Positions 49,858-62,187 of a stretch of 64,000 nucleotides of DNA are shown piece after piece. Origin of the DNA: Paraspadella gotoi (Eukaryota; Animalia; Chaetognatha). The notes beneath the pieces are model-generated. The model saw nothing but the letters and a program-made list of their open reading frames with translations, had not been told where the DNA came from and ran no database searches. A program made the position numbers and the translations under genes. The DNA lies in NCBI GenBank assembly GCA_051294375.1, contig JBJCIZ010000239.1:2741476-2805475 (forward strand), written 5' to 3'. Every line of letters begins with the position of its first letter. Within the stretch, counting starts at the first letter, position 1.

Positions 49858-52800
49858 CTATAAAACAAAAAAGGAAGAGAGAGAAACTTGAGAAAAGCAA
49901 GGCGACCAAGAAGAGAAACCAAATGAAGAAGAGAAACGAAAAGGCCAGGCTCGCGTGCTCGGGCCTACACAATCCCCGATTCTCGTCAGATTCGAAAAAA
50001 ACTTGAAATCGAATTGCGCAATACGCGAGGGGCGGAGAGGTATAAAAAGGAGAGGACTCCTCCCTGACTCAGTCCTTCCCGACGGCAGCCACTCGTTTTT
50101 TTGACTTTTTCCTCTTTCTCCGCGAAAATGGGGCTGAGGTCGAATCGGTGGCATTGGTCGCTTCGAAAGAAACACTCATAACCGCTTACTTCGTCTCTAG
50201 GCCGACTTTCAAGTCGGCCTGATTCTTTTTTCTTTTTTTTTTTGGGCCTCAAACCATTTTTCTTTTTTTTCGCGGCGGACGTGTCCCTCAGCGGCTGCGC
50301 CATCGCTCAATTTCGAGCGCCAAGCAGTTGGGATTCCACGTGGGCGTCGCCCGAACTCTTAAAAAAAAGCGGGCGTCGCTCGGACACGACCGGACGCGGT
50401 CGTGACGGCCCGCCGCACCCCCCCCCCCCCCCCCCCCGAGGCCCCCCGGAGGCACCGCTTCGTCGACGGCTGGGCGGGATAAGATCCGCCCCGATCATTC
50501 AGTGTCGTCACGAAGTCGACGGTGTCGCCGGGGGTCAAACAAAAATTACACGTCGCTTCAATACATTGTGAAAACGAATTACTCGACTTCATCTCTCCAA
50601 TCCGCTCACCGTTGCTGTGATGTCGTTCTCTGGGACGAGGTCGGAAAGCATTGGTCAGTTTTTTTACCCTTTCTGAATCCGGACCCCATTTGGAGAAACC
50701 CGCGTCGTTCTAAACCGAGAGAACAAATTTGTAGCTTTTTTTCTTTTATCTCTTTTTTTTTTTGACAGATAAACTCGAGGTGGATTTGATACCTGGAGCC
50801 AAATGACGACAGTTCCGTGGGCGAAGCACCTTTGGTTTAATTCGTCATCGGGAACTACATGTTGATAGCCATGTCTGGGATAGGACAAGGTTCTATGATG
50901 TTATCAGCGTTGACAATTCATTACGTTTGATTAAATAAATAAAATTGTTGCGACCATTTCTTTATAATGATTTTTTTTTGGATTCGTAATTGAGTGAGCT
51001 TGACATAAGGTTCGACCGAGCAACAGAATCTGCACCAACCTGTATTCGTGTTCGTTCTTGGGTATAACTATTTGCTTTTGCTTGAACCGCGAGTTTTCCA
51101 GTTTGACGAGGGCATCCGGGGTGGGTTCCCTCCACTCGGGGATGAAGATGATGACGGAGAGGGGATCGTCGGATTCGGAGAGGACGTTCTCCAAGTGATC
51201 GACCATCGCGGACATCAACTCCTCGCTGAAGGGGGGATTGGCTGGGGAAGCCAGAAAAAAAAGGGGGGAGTGTTGAATCTACAACAACACCCAAAACCCC
51301 CCCAGGAAATATTTACCTTCGAAGGATCCGGACAGCGGGTGAAAGTCGAAGAGATTTCCGCGAGAGCCGAAGCAAGAGTCGGTGTCGCCGAATTTGGAGC
51401 AGAACTGCTTGAAGAAGCAGTTGAGCGGCGAAGCGAAGAGTTCAAACGTGACGCCAAAGGTTTCGTGCAACGCCTCGAACACCGTCACCGGCAGGGCCAC
51501 TTGCTGCGCGGCGCCGTCGGATCCGAAAAATGTTTGATACCTAAAAAGGGTGGTGAACGGAGGGACGGTTTGTCTTTTTTTGTTGTTGTTATTGTTGTTA
51601 ATATTAAAACGAAACGCGTTACCGCTTCAAGAGGGAAAAGACGCGAGCGAGATAAAAGTCGAATCTCGGATCGTCTTTGCAGTTGACGCGGTAGAGATCT
51701 TCTAATTTGTGAAAATAGTGCGTAAGGATACTGACGGTTTCGCCCTTGTATCGGAGACAAGTCTTGTTTCCCTCTTGAAAAAGTTCGGGGACGGGGAGGC
51801 GCGGAGTGGGCGTGGCCAATTGCAGCGGGTAACACATGACGCGTCGTTCGTGGGGACAAGCGTCGGGATCCGGAGCCGATACCTTGATGTTGTGATCCCT
51901 GTTGGAATTAAAAAGAAGAATCATTTACATATTCGGGTCTTCGTCCAAAATGGAACAATCAACTGAACCAACCGAATTCTTTTTCTTATTCTATTCTTAT
52001 TCTTATTCTATTCTTATTCTATTCTTATTCTTATTCTATTCTTATTCTATTCTTATTCTATTCTTATTCTATTCTTATTCTATTCTCGCCTGAGTAACGC
52101 GACGTGTTTGTCCCGAATCTTTTTCGCGAATTCGACGGAATGATGGTAGACTTTACTGCAAATACCTTCGACAGAAGGTTTCGCCGCTTTTTGAATGTGA
52201 GGCTGACACTAGGGGGAAAATTTATTGAGTTATCCAAGTTATCCAAATTAGCGGAAAATAACTATGTGCTACCAACTATGAGCTACCAACTATGTGCTAC
52301 CAACCTCGCGAGTCAAGTGTGTGAGGCGATTAATGTAGTCGTCGTAATTTGCAGATTGTTGGTTTCGCAACCAATTCATGACGTCGTCGACGTGCCACTT
52401 GATCAACTTGCGACTCTCTTTCGGAATGTCCCTGATTTGCGAAGAATAGTTGGGAATGATTCGCCCAAAACTTTACAACACTTCGCTTTCACCAGAATTA
52501 CCTCGAATCCGCCATCTTCTTGGCGGCGTCGGCGTATTGACTGAGAAACTGCCTGGCGTCGTTCCGGTTCCTCGCGCGCCCGAGTTTCACGGGAATGTTG
52601 CCCATGATCTCCTTGAACATGGAGGGAGAGACTTCGCCGGGGCAGTCGGAAGGAAACAGGGGGTCCCCACCCTTGTCGCACACAGTTCGTTCGAGCAGCC
52701 ATCTGGTGAAGCTTTCCCGCGGAGGTTCCACGCCTTATGGGGAGTGGGGGTGGGGAAGGATCGTTCAAGGGTTTCGTCCGTGGAGACACGAAAGTACGGA

Positions 52801-54402
52801 AGCCAGAGTCCCTCACCTTCGCGCGAATGGCAGAGTTCCCGGTAGCTCAGTCTGAGCTTCTGCATCATAGAGTGGCGTTCCCGCTCGATGTCGGGGTGAG
52901 GTGGGAGCAGCGTCGACACCAACGGCCGCTCGTACATGATCACGTTCGAGTGAATGTCCACGTTGTAAAAGGTGGGTCCTGTAATGAGGCGAAATAAATT
53001 TAAAAAAAAAAAAAGAACCATGACGTCTGATCGTCCGCGATATGAGAACGAAGAATACCTTTGTACGTTCTTTTAATGGTGGGCGGCTTGTGAGGCGTCC
53101 CGCCTAAATCAAGCGAATCCGTGGACTTTCTCTTCTCACCCACGTGAATGCTGTCTGACGAGCCGGAGGACGGAGTTGGTGAGGAAATGCCTGGGAATAA
53201 GGAAATTAAATCAATTCAAAAAGAGCCATCAAAAAATAGGATCAACTTACCATTTCATATCAATTATATTATTAATGTACTTTCAAAAATATCGCCCATC
53301 AGAATCACCTTAGCTTTTGCATAAATTTTGTTGGTCATTTGGTTTAATTTTAAATACTTAATTTAAAATAATAAATAAAATTAAAAATTATCGATTAAAT
53401 ATAAATAGTAAACTTATAAATGTATATTAATTAATAATTTTCAAATTATAATATTAGTTATTTACCCAAAAATTAAAAAAAATGATTTGAAATTATATAG
53501 TGTCACGATTTTTACGAGAATAAAAATTGTCCAAACCATCGTAGTGGGGAATTATCAAGCCGCTCTCACCCAAGGGATCTCGCAAAGGATCTGGCGACAT
53601 GTCGAGACTCGCCGGGCTGGGCATGACGCCCTTGGCGGCCGACGGCAACGTGGGCGCCTCCCATCGAGACTCGTTATTGTACTTGTTGAAGAAGTAGTGG
53701 CGGTTCTCGCGTTTGCTAAAAAACTTGCGCCAACCGGCGCGCAGCAACTCCGCGGGGAGATCATGGACGGTGTCCGGGGAGGAGAGGGGAGACTAAATAG
53801 GAGAACAAGGGGTCGGTGTTATTTCCGTTTATTGTTTAAAAAAAGAATTCTTAAAGACAAAGGACAAGGGTCGGTGGTATTTTTGTTTCTTTGTTTAAAA
53901 AAAGAATCCTTAAAGACAAAGGACAAGGGTCGGTGGTATTTCTGTTTCTTTGTTTAAAAAAAAGAATCCTTAAAGACAAAGGACAAGGGTCGGTGGTATT
54001 TCTGTTTCTTTGTTTAAAAAAAGAATCCTTAAAGACAAAGGACAAGGGTCGGTGATATTTCTGTTTCTTTGTATCAAAAAAGAATCCTTAAAGACAAAGG
54101 ACAAGGGTCGGTAGTATTTCTGTTTCTTTGTTTAAAAAAAGGATCCTTAAAGACAAAGGACACGTTCCGAAGTCCAAACTTACCTGCGGCGATGGCACCG
54201 GTTGAGGCGAGAGCGGCGATGGCGTGCCGGGCGAAGGCAGAGACTGGAAAGGGTCGCGCGGCGACGACGACGTGGACGAGACGGAGAAACTTCGCGCCGC
54301 CTGTCGACCGGACTCAGATTCGTTGGATCCCCCCGTCGGAGCCGCGACGACGCTCAGAGCAGGTGGAGCCCCGCCCGGGCAAGATTGGTTCTGCCCGTCC
54401 AT
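46724..54402 (-). CDS. PCIF1: mRNA cap-adjacent m6Am methyltransferase (CAPAM), multi-exon
   Basis: WW domain ([23 protein letters not shown]), [23 protein letters not shown]|ANPPF catalytic motif, FIPEW, WLQ|NDAGFSKW. Three small Ser-rich 3' exons (47186-47077, 46975-46887, 46793-46724) fit in phase. Confidence 0.92.
48918..49083. mobile_element. Small MITE-like element with imperfect TIRs and internal ATTG..CCC subrepeats, in a PCIF1 intron
   Basis: Left end AGGATTGTGCCCACGTA versus reverse complement of the right end AGGATTGTACCCGACGTA; repeated ATTGNRCCC-like units about 15 nt apart. Confidence 0.55.
50013..50075 (+). promoter_or_regulatory. Candidate Pol II core promoter antisense to PCIF1
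   Basis: ATTGCGCAAT (50013-50022), GGGGCGGAG (50029-50037), TATAAAAA (50041), TCAGT initiator with A at 50071, exactly 30 nt after the TATA. Confidence 0.5.
51983..52086. repeat. (ATTCT/ATTCTT)n microsatellite in a PCIF1 GC-AG intron
   Basis: Directly visible tandem TTATTC/CTATT units. Confidence 0.9.
53805..54162. repeat. 59-60-bp minisatellite, about 6 copies, filling PCIF1 intron 1
   Basis: AAAGACAAAGGACA recurs at 53853, 53912, 53972, 54031, 54090 and 54149. Confidence 0.95.
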
Positions 54403-55151
54403 CGCCAAGGCCCAAAGCAAATTTTTTTTTCTTCTTCTTTTTTTTTCAATTAAAAGCGAAATTGAGGCGGGCCGAGTTCAGCTTGGAAAGGTAGGACCTT
54501 TCTTAAAGTTAATTGGGCCGATTCGGCGACTGATATCGATTCCATCAAAATATTCGGCCACTAACGGCAAACTAGTAAAAAAAAAAAGAAGTTTTCCGTA
54601 TGAAGCTCAGAGAAAGCGAATCGAAAAGCGGACAACAGACACCTGATAACAACCATAAATACCATAATAAAAAGATTGATTCAGAATTGCGATTAAAAAC
54701 AATGCGAGTTCGCGAAAAAAAAGTTCGCCTTCACTGTTTCGTTGCCATCTTCACGTTAACATACACAACGTGAAACGGGACAGGATATGATAGACTAGTA
54801 CAAGTTAAATGACGAATATTGTTTTTATCGTACGTATATTAAAATGAGTAAAACTATCTACGTTTTTCTTTCTACCTAATTTTTTTTCTTTCATCCGAGT
54901 CCGAAATGACAAATAATTTAGATTCTTTTATGAAAAGTTTTGAGATATAAAACTAATAAAACAACAAAAACGGGTAAAAAAAAAAAAAAACCAGATTGCA
55001 ACATATTACTCAAAAGCTCTTTTTCCATTTGGTAAAAAAAAAAAAGGAGAAAAATATCGGTGTAGACGAACACAAATAAATAAGACACGATTTGGAATGT
55101 GCTAACGATAAAATTCTTAAACTACTATAAAATGTCAAAATGAGATATATA

Positions 55152-56587
55152 CTATCTTTGAGTTTGAGAAACCGAGGAGGCAGCAGCACCCGGGGCGACG
55201 GCCGTCTCGGCGATCGAACTCCCCGCCATCAGCCGACACCGCTCTTCTCTGATTTTGAGCCTCTCTTTGGCGAGGCACAGTGCCTCCTCGGCGACCTGTA
55301 ATCGAGAATGGCGACTCAAATTTCCCACAGGATAATGATTAAAGTTGAAGAGATCAAAAAAGCAAGAACCCACTTTTTTCTTTTCCGCCGACAACGCGTC
55401 GCGTTCTCGCTGCAGAACGAGTTCCCCATTGGAGTCTTTGGTAGAAGATTTGAGCCTTTCCACCATCTGCGCTTGACGCTCAATCACGCCTTCGTAGTAA
55501 CGGATTTTCTCCATCAACGCCTTCGTCGAATCGGAGACATCGTTGCCCTTCGAAGGCGGAGGCTTCTCTCGGTCTTCGAGAGTCTCGTCATCATCAGCGC
55601 GGGAGTCTCTCTCCTTCCTACGACTGCAAATCCGCTCTGCCCTCTCGAGTCGCTCATCAAAGTCGGCGAAGTTAAGGAGTTCGAGCGGAAGGCGAAGTCT
55701 TGGGTCGTCGTCGATGTCGCCGTCCGAGTATTCGCCCTCGAGTCTGGAGATTCTTCCCGAGTGTCCGTCCTTGGTGGACGGTTGGAAACTGAGCGAGGAT
55801 TCGGGAGTCAAGGAATCGAAGAGATCGTCGAGTCGGCTTCGCTGCAGAAGGAGGCTTCGACGGAGATGAGAATTCTCAGCCAGGAGTTGCTTCTGTCTCT
55901 CCCCGTAATTCGTCACGACGACGGAGTACATCATCTCTTCCTCCTTAGTGAGCGTGGACGCCAAGTTGGACCAGGTACTTAATTATTTAATTATATTCAT
56001 GAATAAAAGTAACGAATTAAAAATGTTAGTTAACATCTTTACCTTCTTCTACCCCCGGGCTTCCGTAACGACTGCGAACAATCCATTTTTGCTGATGAAA
56101 AATTTTCGGCCGACTTGTCCATTTGTTGGATGTGCTCCTTGAGTCTTTCCAACTCTCGTTCGTTTTTCCGACTTTCGTGAAGAAAGAGCTTCTCCTTATA
56201 TTGCGCGGCCTGAGCCATTTTTTTCCTTTCCTCAACCTCTCGATTAAGCGTCTTTTGCAAAGAGGCCATCTTCTCTTCCAATCGTCTCTCCTTTTCCTCC
56301 CGTTCCGCGAGGGACCGTTTCAGGACGACGCATTTTTCGCGCGAAAGTCGGAGGCTCTTGGCCGTTTGCTCCTTGTCGCCGACCAAGACTCGTTTTTCCG
56401 TCTCCAGATCGTTGATGGCGGAAACGTTTTTCCTTTGAAGGTCGACCAAGCGAAAGGCAATGTCTAAGAGTCGGCGACGCAAATCTTCGCTGTTGGCAGG
56501 GATGGCGGGGATGCCCAGAATTTCCAACTCACCGTTTAAAAGCGCCAACGCCTCGTCGACGTTAAATGCGAAAGGGAAGGAAGCCAT
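55152..56587 (-). CDS. SSX2IP: Afadin- and alpha-actinin-binding protein (SSX2IP/ADIP/Msd1 family), coiled-coil
   Basis: LNGELEILG, HESRKNERELERLKE and EEEMMYSVVVTNYGERQKQLLAENSHLR resemble recalled SSX2IP segments. Confidence 0.8.
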
Positions 56588-56931
56588 GTCGATTGTCAAG
56601 CATATTACGAGCATTTAACGAATCTTTAAAAACAAAGAATGAACAATTGCGTACATTATTGAGAAACACATTAGTGAATTAAAACTAGGACTTCATTCAC
56701 AGTACGACCCTTGACAAAGGAATGAGAGGTTTCCATTAAGGATCATAATCGTATTTTCTTTTTAAAAACTAAAGAGTTTGAGGGTTGAGAGAACAGTGGA
56801 GCGAAAAATGGAGTGAAAGGAATGAAGAGTGATGAACGACGTGGTGAACGAGGATCTTGCTCAGCCCCATAGAGTGTGGTGTTGGACATAAACTGGTTGG
56901 AGGACGTTCCCTTAACAATTCCTCTTCAGCG

Positions 56932-57084
56932 TCAGTTCCCTTTTCGCACGTCGTCTATCCATTTGTTTATTTCGTCCAAAAGCTTCGATGGGTCATCAAC
57001 CCGCGGCAACTTATAAGTTTGATCGCAATAGACTCCCGCATAAAATCCCACGCACCCAATGAGCAACTTGCCAAGGAGGCCCAT
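56932..57084 (-). CDS. STMP1: Short transmembrane mitochondrial protein 1-like (DUF4535) microprotein, 50 aa; below the ORF-track cutoff
   Basis: MGLLGKLLIGCVGFYAGVYCDQTYKLPRVDDPSKLLDEINKWIDDVRKGN: a G-rich TM followed by GxY..QxY.xP, as in STMP1. Confidence 0.8.
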   Translation of the reverse strand: MGLLGKLLIGCVGFYAGVYCDQTYKLPRVDDPSKLLDEINKWIDDVRKGN

Positions 57085-57429
57085 TCTCGCTCGTGGTTTA
57101 CAAAAACAGAATCGTTTGATAAAAATCTAATTTACGTGAAATAAAATTAAATGAAAAGAAGTGAGAAAAGAGAAATATCGCTAGTATAACAACCATCTTT
57201 AAATACAAATACTGGGTTTGTTAATAGCGAGTCTCGTTGGTTCGTGAAGAACGACACCGAATGATTCTTCACATCGAGCCAAGCATAATCAAGTAAATCA
57301 CGGCCAGCCTCGCAAGGTCACCCAGTTTCTTCGGAGAGGAGGTGCTTCGCCATAAGCAACGGCAGCAATGACCCCGGCCTGGAGCAGGTTCCCGTCTTGA
57401 GATCATTCGTATAAAAATCTCTTTCAGTT

Positions 57430-58972
57430 TCAATTCAGTTTCCTTTTCTTATTCATAATAATATTCGACATAGCGGGGGCGTTGTAAGCAGCGCGCAAAT
57501 CGGGTTTCGGCCCCGTAATCGGCCCTTCCGTTACTGACGACCCGGGCTTGACCGAAGCGCCCTCTTTCACTTTATTTCGAAAGTGACGAAAGCTGGGCAT
57601 GAGTTCCGGGTCGCAGGGAAGCGGGGCTTCGTTGAAGTAGATCGACTGGAGGCATTCGACGGCCGTGGCGCGCTTTCCCGGGTGATAGAGGAACATAAAA
57701 TTTAAAAGTCGAAGTCCGGAGGCGGAGAGCCAAGTAAAGGAGTGTTTCAAATTATTGTAGGATTGGTGCTTGAGCGAGAAGTTCTCGAGGACGGGAAATT
57801 CTTTCATTTCTGGCCAGATTCGCTCGTTGGGCGTCCCGAGAAGATCGATGATCAGTTCGATTTGCTGAAGGATAGTTTATTTTGAAGTCAAATTAACTAC
57901 TTATCAAAGCAGAATGAGTGAAGAATCCAGATAAACCTGAATCTCGTTCCTTCCGGGCAGCAGAGGCTTGTGCAACAGCAACTCGGCGAGGATGCAGCCG
58001 GCCGCCCACATATCCACGGCCGTCGTCTGCCTCTTCGATCCCAACAGAATTTCAGGGGCGCGATACCAAAGTGTAACCACACGAGGAGTCAGCGAACCTT
58101 TCTCCGGTTGACCCACGACCCTGGCCAACCCGAAGTCGGCGACTTTGACGCAGCCCTGATCCGTCATCAAAAGGTTTGAGACTTTGAGATCGCGATGAAT
58201 GATGTAGCGAGCGTGGAGGTATTGGAGTCCGCGAAGAACTTGGAGCATGATGCACTTGACTTGGGCTTCGGTGAAGGGAGTCGACATGTTGTCTAGGAGG
58301 GAGGCGATGTCCTGTTCGCAATACCTGAGGATATATTTTGTCACATTTTAAGTTTTATTGAGCTGATGACGATACGTACGCACGTACTACGCACGCTCTC
58401 TCTCTCTCTTTTCTCACGTCATGACTAAAAAGATGCTGTCCATACTCTTCCCGACAACGACCTCTCGCAATTCCACAATGTTCTCGTGTCGCAGGTTGAT
58501 GAGAAGAGAAATTTCGCGGAGAGTGGAGATCGGCAGCCCGTCCTTCTCTCGCTCCATTCGAACTCGTTTCAAAGCGACGATCTACGAGCAAAGTGAGATG
58601 ATATAGAGACAGAGACGAAAACCAATAGAAAGAAAGAGATCCGACGCTAAGACCTCGTTGGTTTTCATATCCCTGGCTCGATAGACGATTCCGTAGGTGC
58701 CCTCGCCGACTCGGTTGAGCTTCTCGAAGTCGGAGACGGCGCGGCACGAGCCGTTGCGGTGGCGCTCGGGAATTTCGAATGGCTCCCCGCTGGTGATGGA
58801 CATAAGAACGAAGTTCGGCGGGGATCGTACTTGTGGTGAGGAAATTTGAATAAAAAACTTATAAGGGGAAACGAGACGAAGCCGTTAATTCTTTACCTCC
58901 TTGTTCTTTATCTTTATCTTTATCTTCCTGTGGTTTCTCGTTTCCGCTGTGACTTTTATCCCGCGAGTCCAT
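57430..58972 (-). CDS. CDK10: Cyclin-dependent kinase 10, multi-exon
   Basis: [78 protein letters not shown]. Confidence 0.95.
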
Positions 58973-61043
58973 CTTTAAATAAGCGTCGCTGGTGGCCGTA
59001 TGAAAAAAATATATATTAACTTAGTTTAATGGATATATCGGGAGAATGATTGAAAGCAAGACGACTATAAGAGAATCCCTAAAAAAATACTGTGAGCTTA
59101 TTTTTTTATCAAAATAAAATTGAGTTACCCGAATCGAAAAACGAAAAATTATTAAATGTGTAACAAAAAAAAATACTCACCCGTGATTTGTTGTGAGAAT
59201 ATTCGATTTCAAATTTTTTTTTATCTGAAATTTCACGTTTTACATAAATTAACGAGCTTTTTTTCTTAGGGAAAAGAAGACAAGTTCCACATAATATTAA
59301 CGTTGAAACGTGAGTTGTAGGCGAAAACTGACACCTTTTTTTGTAAGATAATAAATATTAAATACAGAAAAAAAAAGCTTTTTTTAAAACCGATATAATA
59401 CCAAATATGCTCGTTTATCTCAGCTAAAAACATACAGGGTAAAGAATAAGTACCACCTCATCAGTTTTCAGTATTAAGTACAATGAAGTGAAAGGAAAGC
59501 ACAAGTTAATTATCACAATGGGATTCCAATTTCGTGATCTAACACCGTACAATTAGACTAACAAACTGAACTATACGGAACAAGACTGATAAAATGTGTG
59601 AACCTACCCAGGCGGATTATTACTTTTAAGGTAACCCATTACAATAAAACCCTGTGATCTATAATTAGCAAAACAAATCGTTTGTTGTTATGTGAAAGCT
59701 TTTTTGTCGACTTTATTGCTGGAAGAGAGTTTGTAAAAAATTGATTCAAATGGGAATAAAGGAATGCATATTTTCAGTTTAGTTAATTGGTCACTTATTC
59801 TTTAGATTCAGGAACGTATATTGTATAAATGTACTGATATTATGAAAATATAACTTTGATAAATTAGTGTATCTCTGGGAATATCTACAATACAAAAATA
59901 ATTGAAAAAGATGAATATTAAATAGTAAAAAATCTGTAGATGGCTAGTATATCATTTTATTAACAGGACAAAAAACTTTTAACATTTAATTCAAAATAAT
60001 TTTCATTGCCAATCAACGTAATAAAAAGATTAAGATCTAAAAAAAATATTAACTAAAAAATTAATTAATGCCAGAATGTCGAAATGCCGTTTCAAGCATT
60101 TATGAAACGATGCTTGTATTCCAAAAGAAATTCTAAAATTCTGCGTGACACACACTTCACACTAAATTTTAAACAATACTTATTCCTCAAATTAATTAAA
60201 TTAAAATGATTAGGTAATAATTCAATGCTTGGAATTTGTGGATAATGGGATGGGTAGCCAAATAAGAGCAAGATTCAGAGGCTAAAAGAGAAAATGTAAG
60301 GAGAGAAAGAGTAATGGTTTAGATTTAGGGAGATGTCATCAAAAACATTTAAGATAGAGAAAGAAGAAAGCGGGAGAAAAAGCGAGAGACTAAGTAAGAC
60401 TCAAAGGTGGAGGAAAGAATAAAGAAGAGAGAAATGCTTAGTGAATGATTGAGCTAAGCCTAAGGTAGTTGGAATAAAACTGTTTTCATCTTAATAAAAA
60501 AAAAGTGATTGCATGTCGTAATGGAAATTTAACGCAAGTACATTGAATATTTCATCTCGGTAAAGTTTTTTGGAAAGTTTTACGTATCTCAAAGTGGTAG
60601 CGTACTGCTTTTGTAAATACTTTTTTTATGTCTAGCTTAAAATATTTGCTAACAAAGTGACTAGAAAAACGGATGTCATTGGCTAACACACACGGTCATT
60701 AGTCACTACAAATAGCTATGTCACTGACGTTTGAAAAAATGCAGTAACAAAGCCAGGAGTCGGGGAGTTTAGTCGGAGAGCACAGTACTTTCTTCAATAT
60801 AAAAAAAAACGAAATAAAAAACAATTCGTTTAACAAAAAATATGTAAAGCGCTTAAGTATAAAAATGAGATTAAACTAAGCAAAACAACGCAGAAATAAT
60901 TTAAAAAAAATAAAACTGTATGAGATCGTATGAATTGAGTATAATTTTTGTCATAAAGCCGTCCATGAGGCATCGCTTATCTCAACGCTATTTTTTTATT
61001 TTTTTTCCTTAAAGACTAGTTCCGAAAATTCGTGTCCGATAGA

Positions 61044-61967
61044 TCAGCATTGACAATTCCCGCCGACCGGATTGGGTATGTTGCCAAGACCGGGAATGGC
61101 GCCGTCCGGAGCTCCGGGATCGACGGTGCCCCCGGTTCCGGTCCTGCCGGGGCCGCCGGCGCCCAGCTTGTGGGTTTGGTTTTGCCCCGAGGCTCTGGCG
61201 GCCGCGGTGGGGTCGGAGTCGAGGCTCTCGGACATCTTGTCGCAGATGATGTCGACGAGGCGCTCGAAGACGGCCTTGACGTTGATGTTTTCCTTGGCGG
61301 AAGTTTCGAAGAACTCGAGTCCCATTTGGTCGGCGAGCTGCTTGCCGCGTTCGGCCGATACGACGCGGATCTCGTCCATGTCGCACTTGTTCCCCACGAG
61401 GATCACTTGGGCGTTCTCCCACGAGTACATCTTGATCTGGGTGCACCAATCCTGAACGGCGTTGAAAGACTCTTCGTTCGTTACGTCGTACATCAGGATA
61501 AAACCCATTGCTCCGCGATAGTAGGCCGTCGTGATGGTGCGGTATCGCTCCTGACCCGCCGTGTCCCAGATCTGAGTCAAGCGAAAAAAAAGAGATTTGA
61601 GTGTTTGATCGATTGAATACGCGTATTCTGCCCATTCTCAGAAAGCCTAGACGATAAACCCGTAGGAAGAGTGAGTGGAGCAATCACAAAACTGAACCTC
61701 GTCTCTCCATCATTAATTTTTATAATTACATCAAATCAAATATGCAACCTGTAGTTTGACGCGCTTGTCCCCTCGGAAAACCGTCTTGACTTTGAAGTCG
61801 ATCCCGACGGTGGAGACGAAGGCCGAGGTGAAGGAGTCATCGGCGTAGCGGAAGAGGAACGAGGTTTTCCCGACCGACGAGTTGCCGATGATCAAGAGTT
61901 TGAACATGTAGTCGAAGTTTTGATCGGCGCCCCCTTCCTTCTGCCATCGTTGGTCCGACATGCTCAT
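61044..61967 (-). CDS. RAB3: Ras-related protein Rab-3, 2 coding exons
   Basis: [58 protein letters not shown]-terminal CQC. Confidence 0.97.
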
Positions 61968-62187
61968 TTTTAAGGGTTTATTAAGTTTTAAATTGTTTTT
62001 AAATAAGTTTGTTTAGATACTTATTTATTCAACCTTTTTCTTGTCCTCTAATCTTATAAAGATACCAAAAATATGATCAAAAGATTGTATAAAAATCATA
62101 GCTAATAAATCAACAAATTAACTTAATAACCGCACTGAATCACAAAGTTGGTGAAATCAATGAGGGAATTCACAACAGGCATTTCTC

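Noticed and set aside
53805-54162. Regular repeat array resembling CRISPR
   Set aside because: Units are contiguous and near-identical with no unique spacers; it sits in a eukaryotic intron with no cas genes.
57244-57272. GTGAAGAA/TTCTTCAC hairpin downstream of CDK10 as a SECIS element or miRNA
   Set aside because: The 8-bp stem is short, and the host gene has no in-frame UGA.
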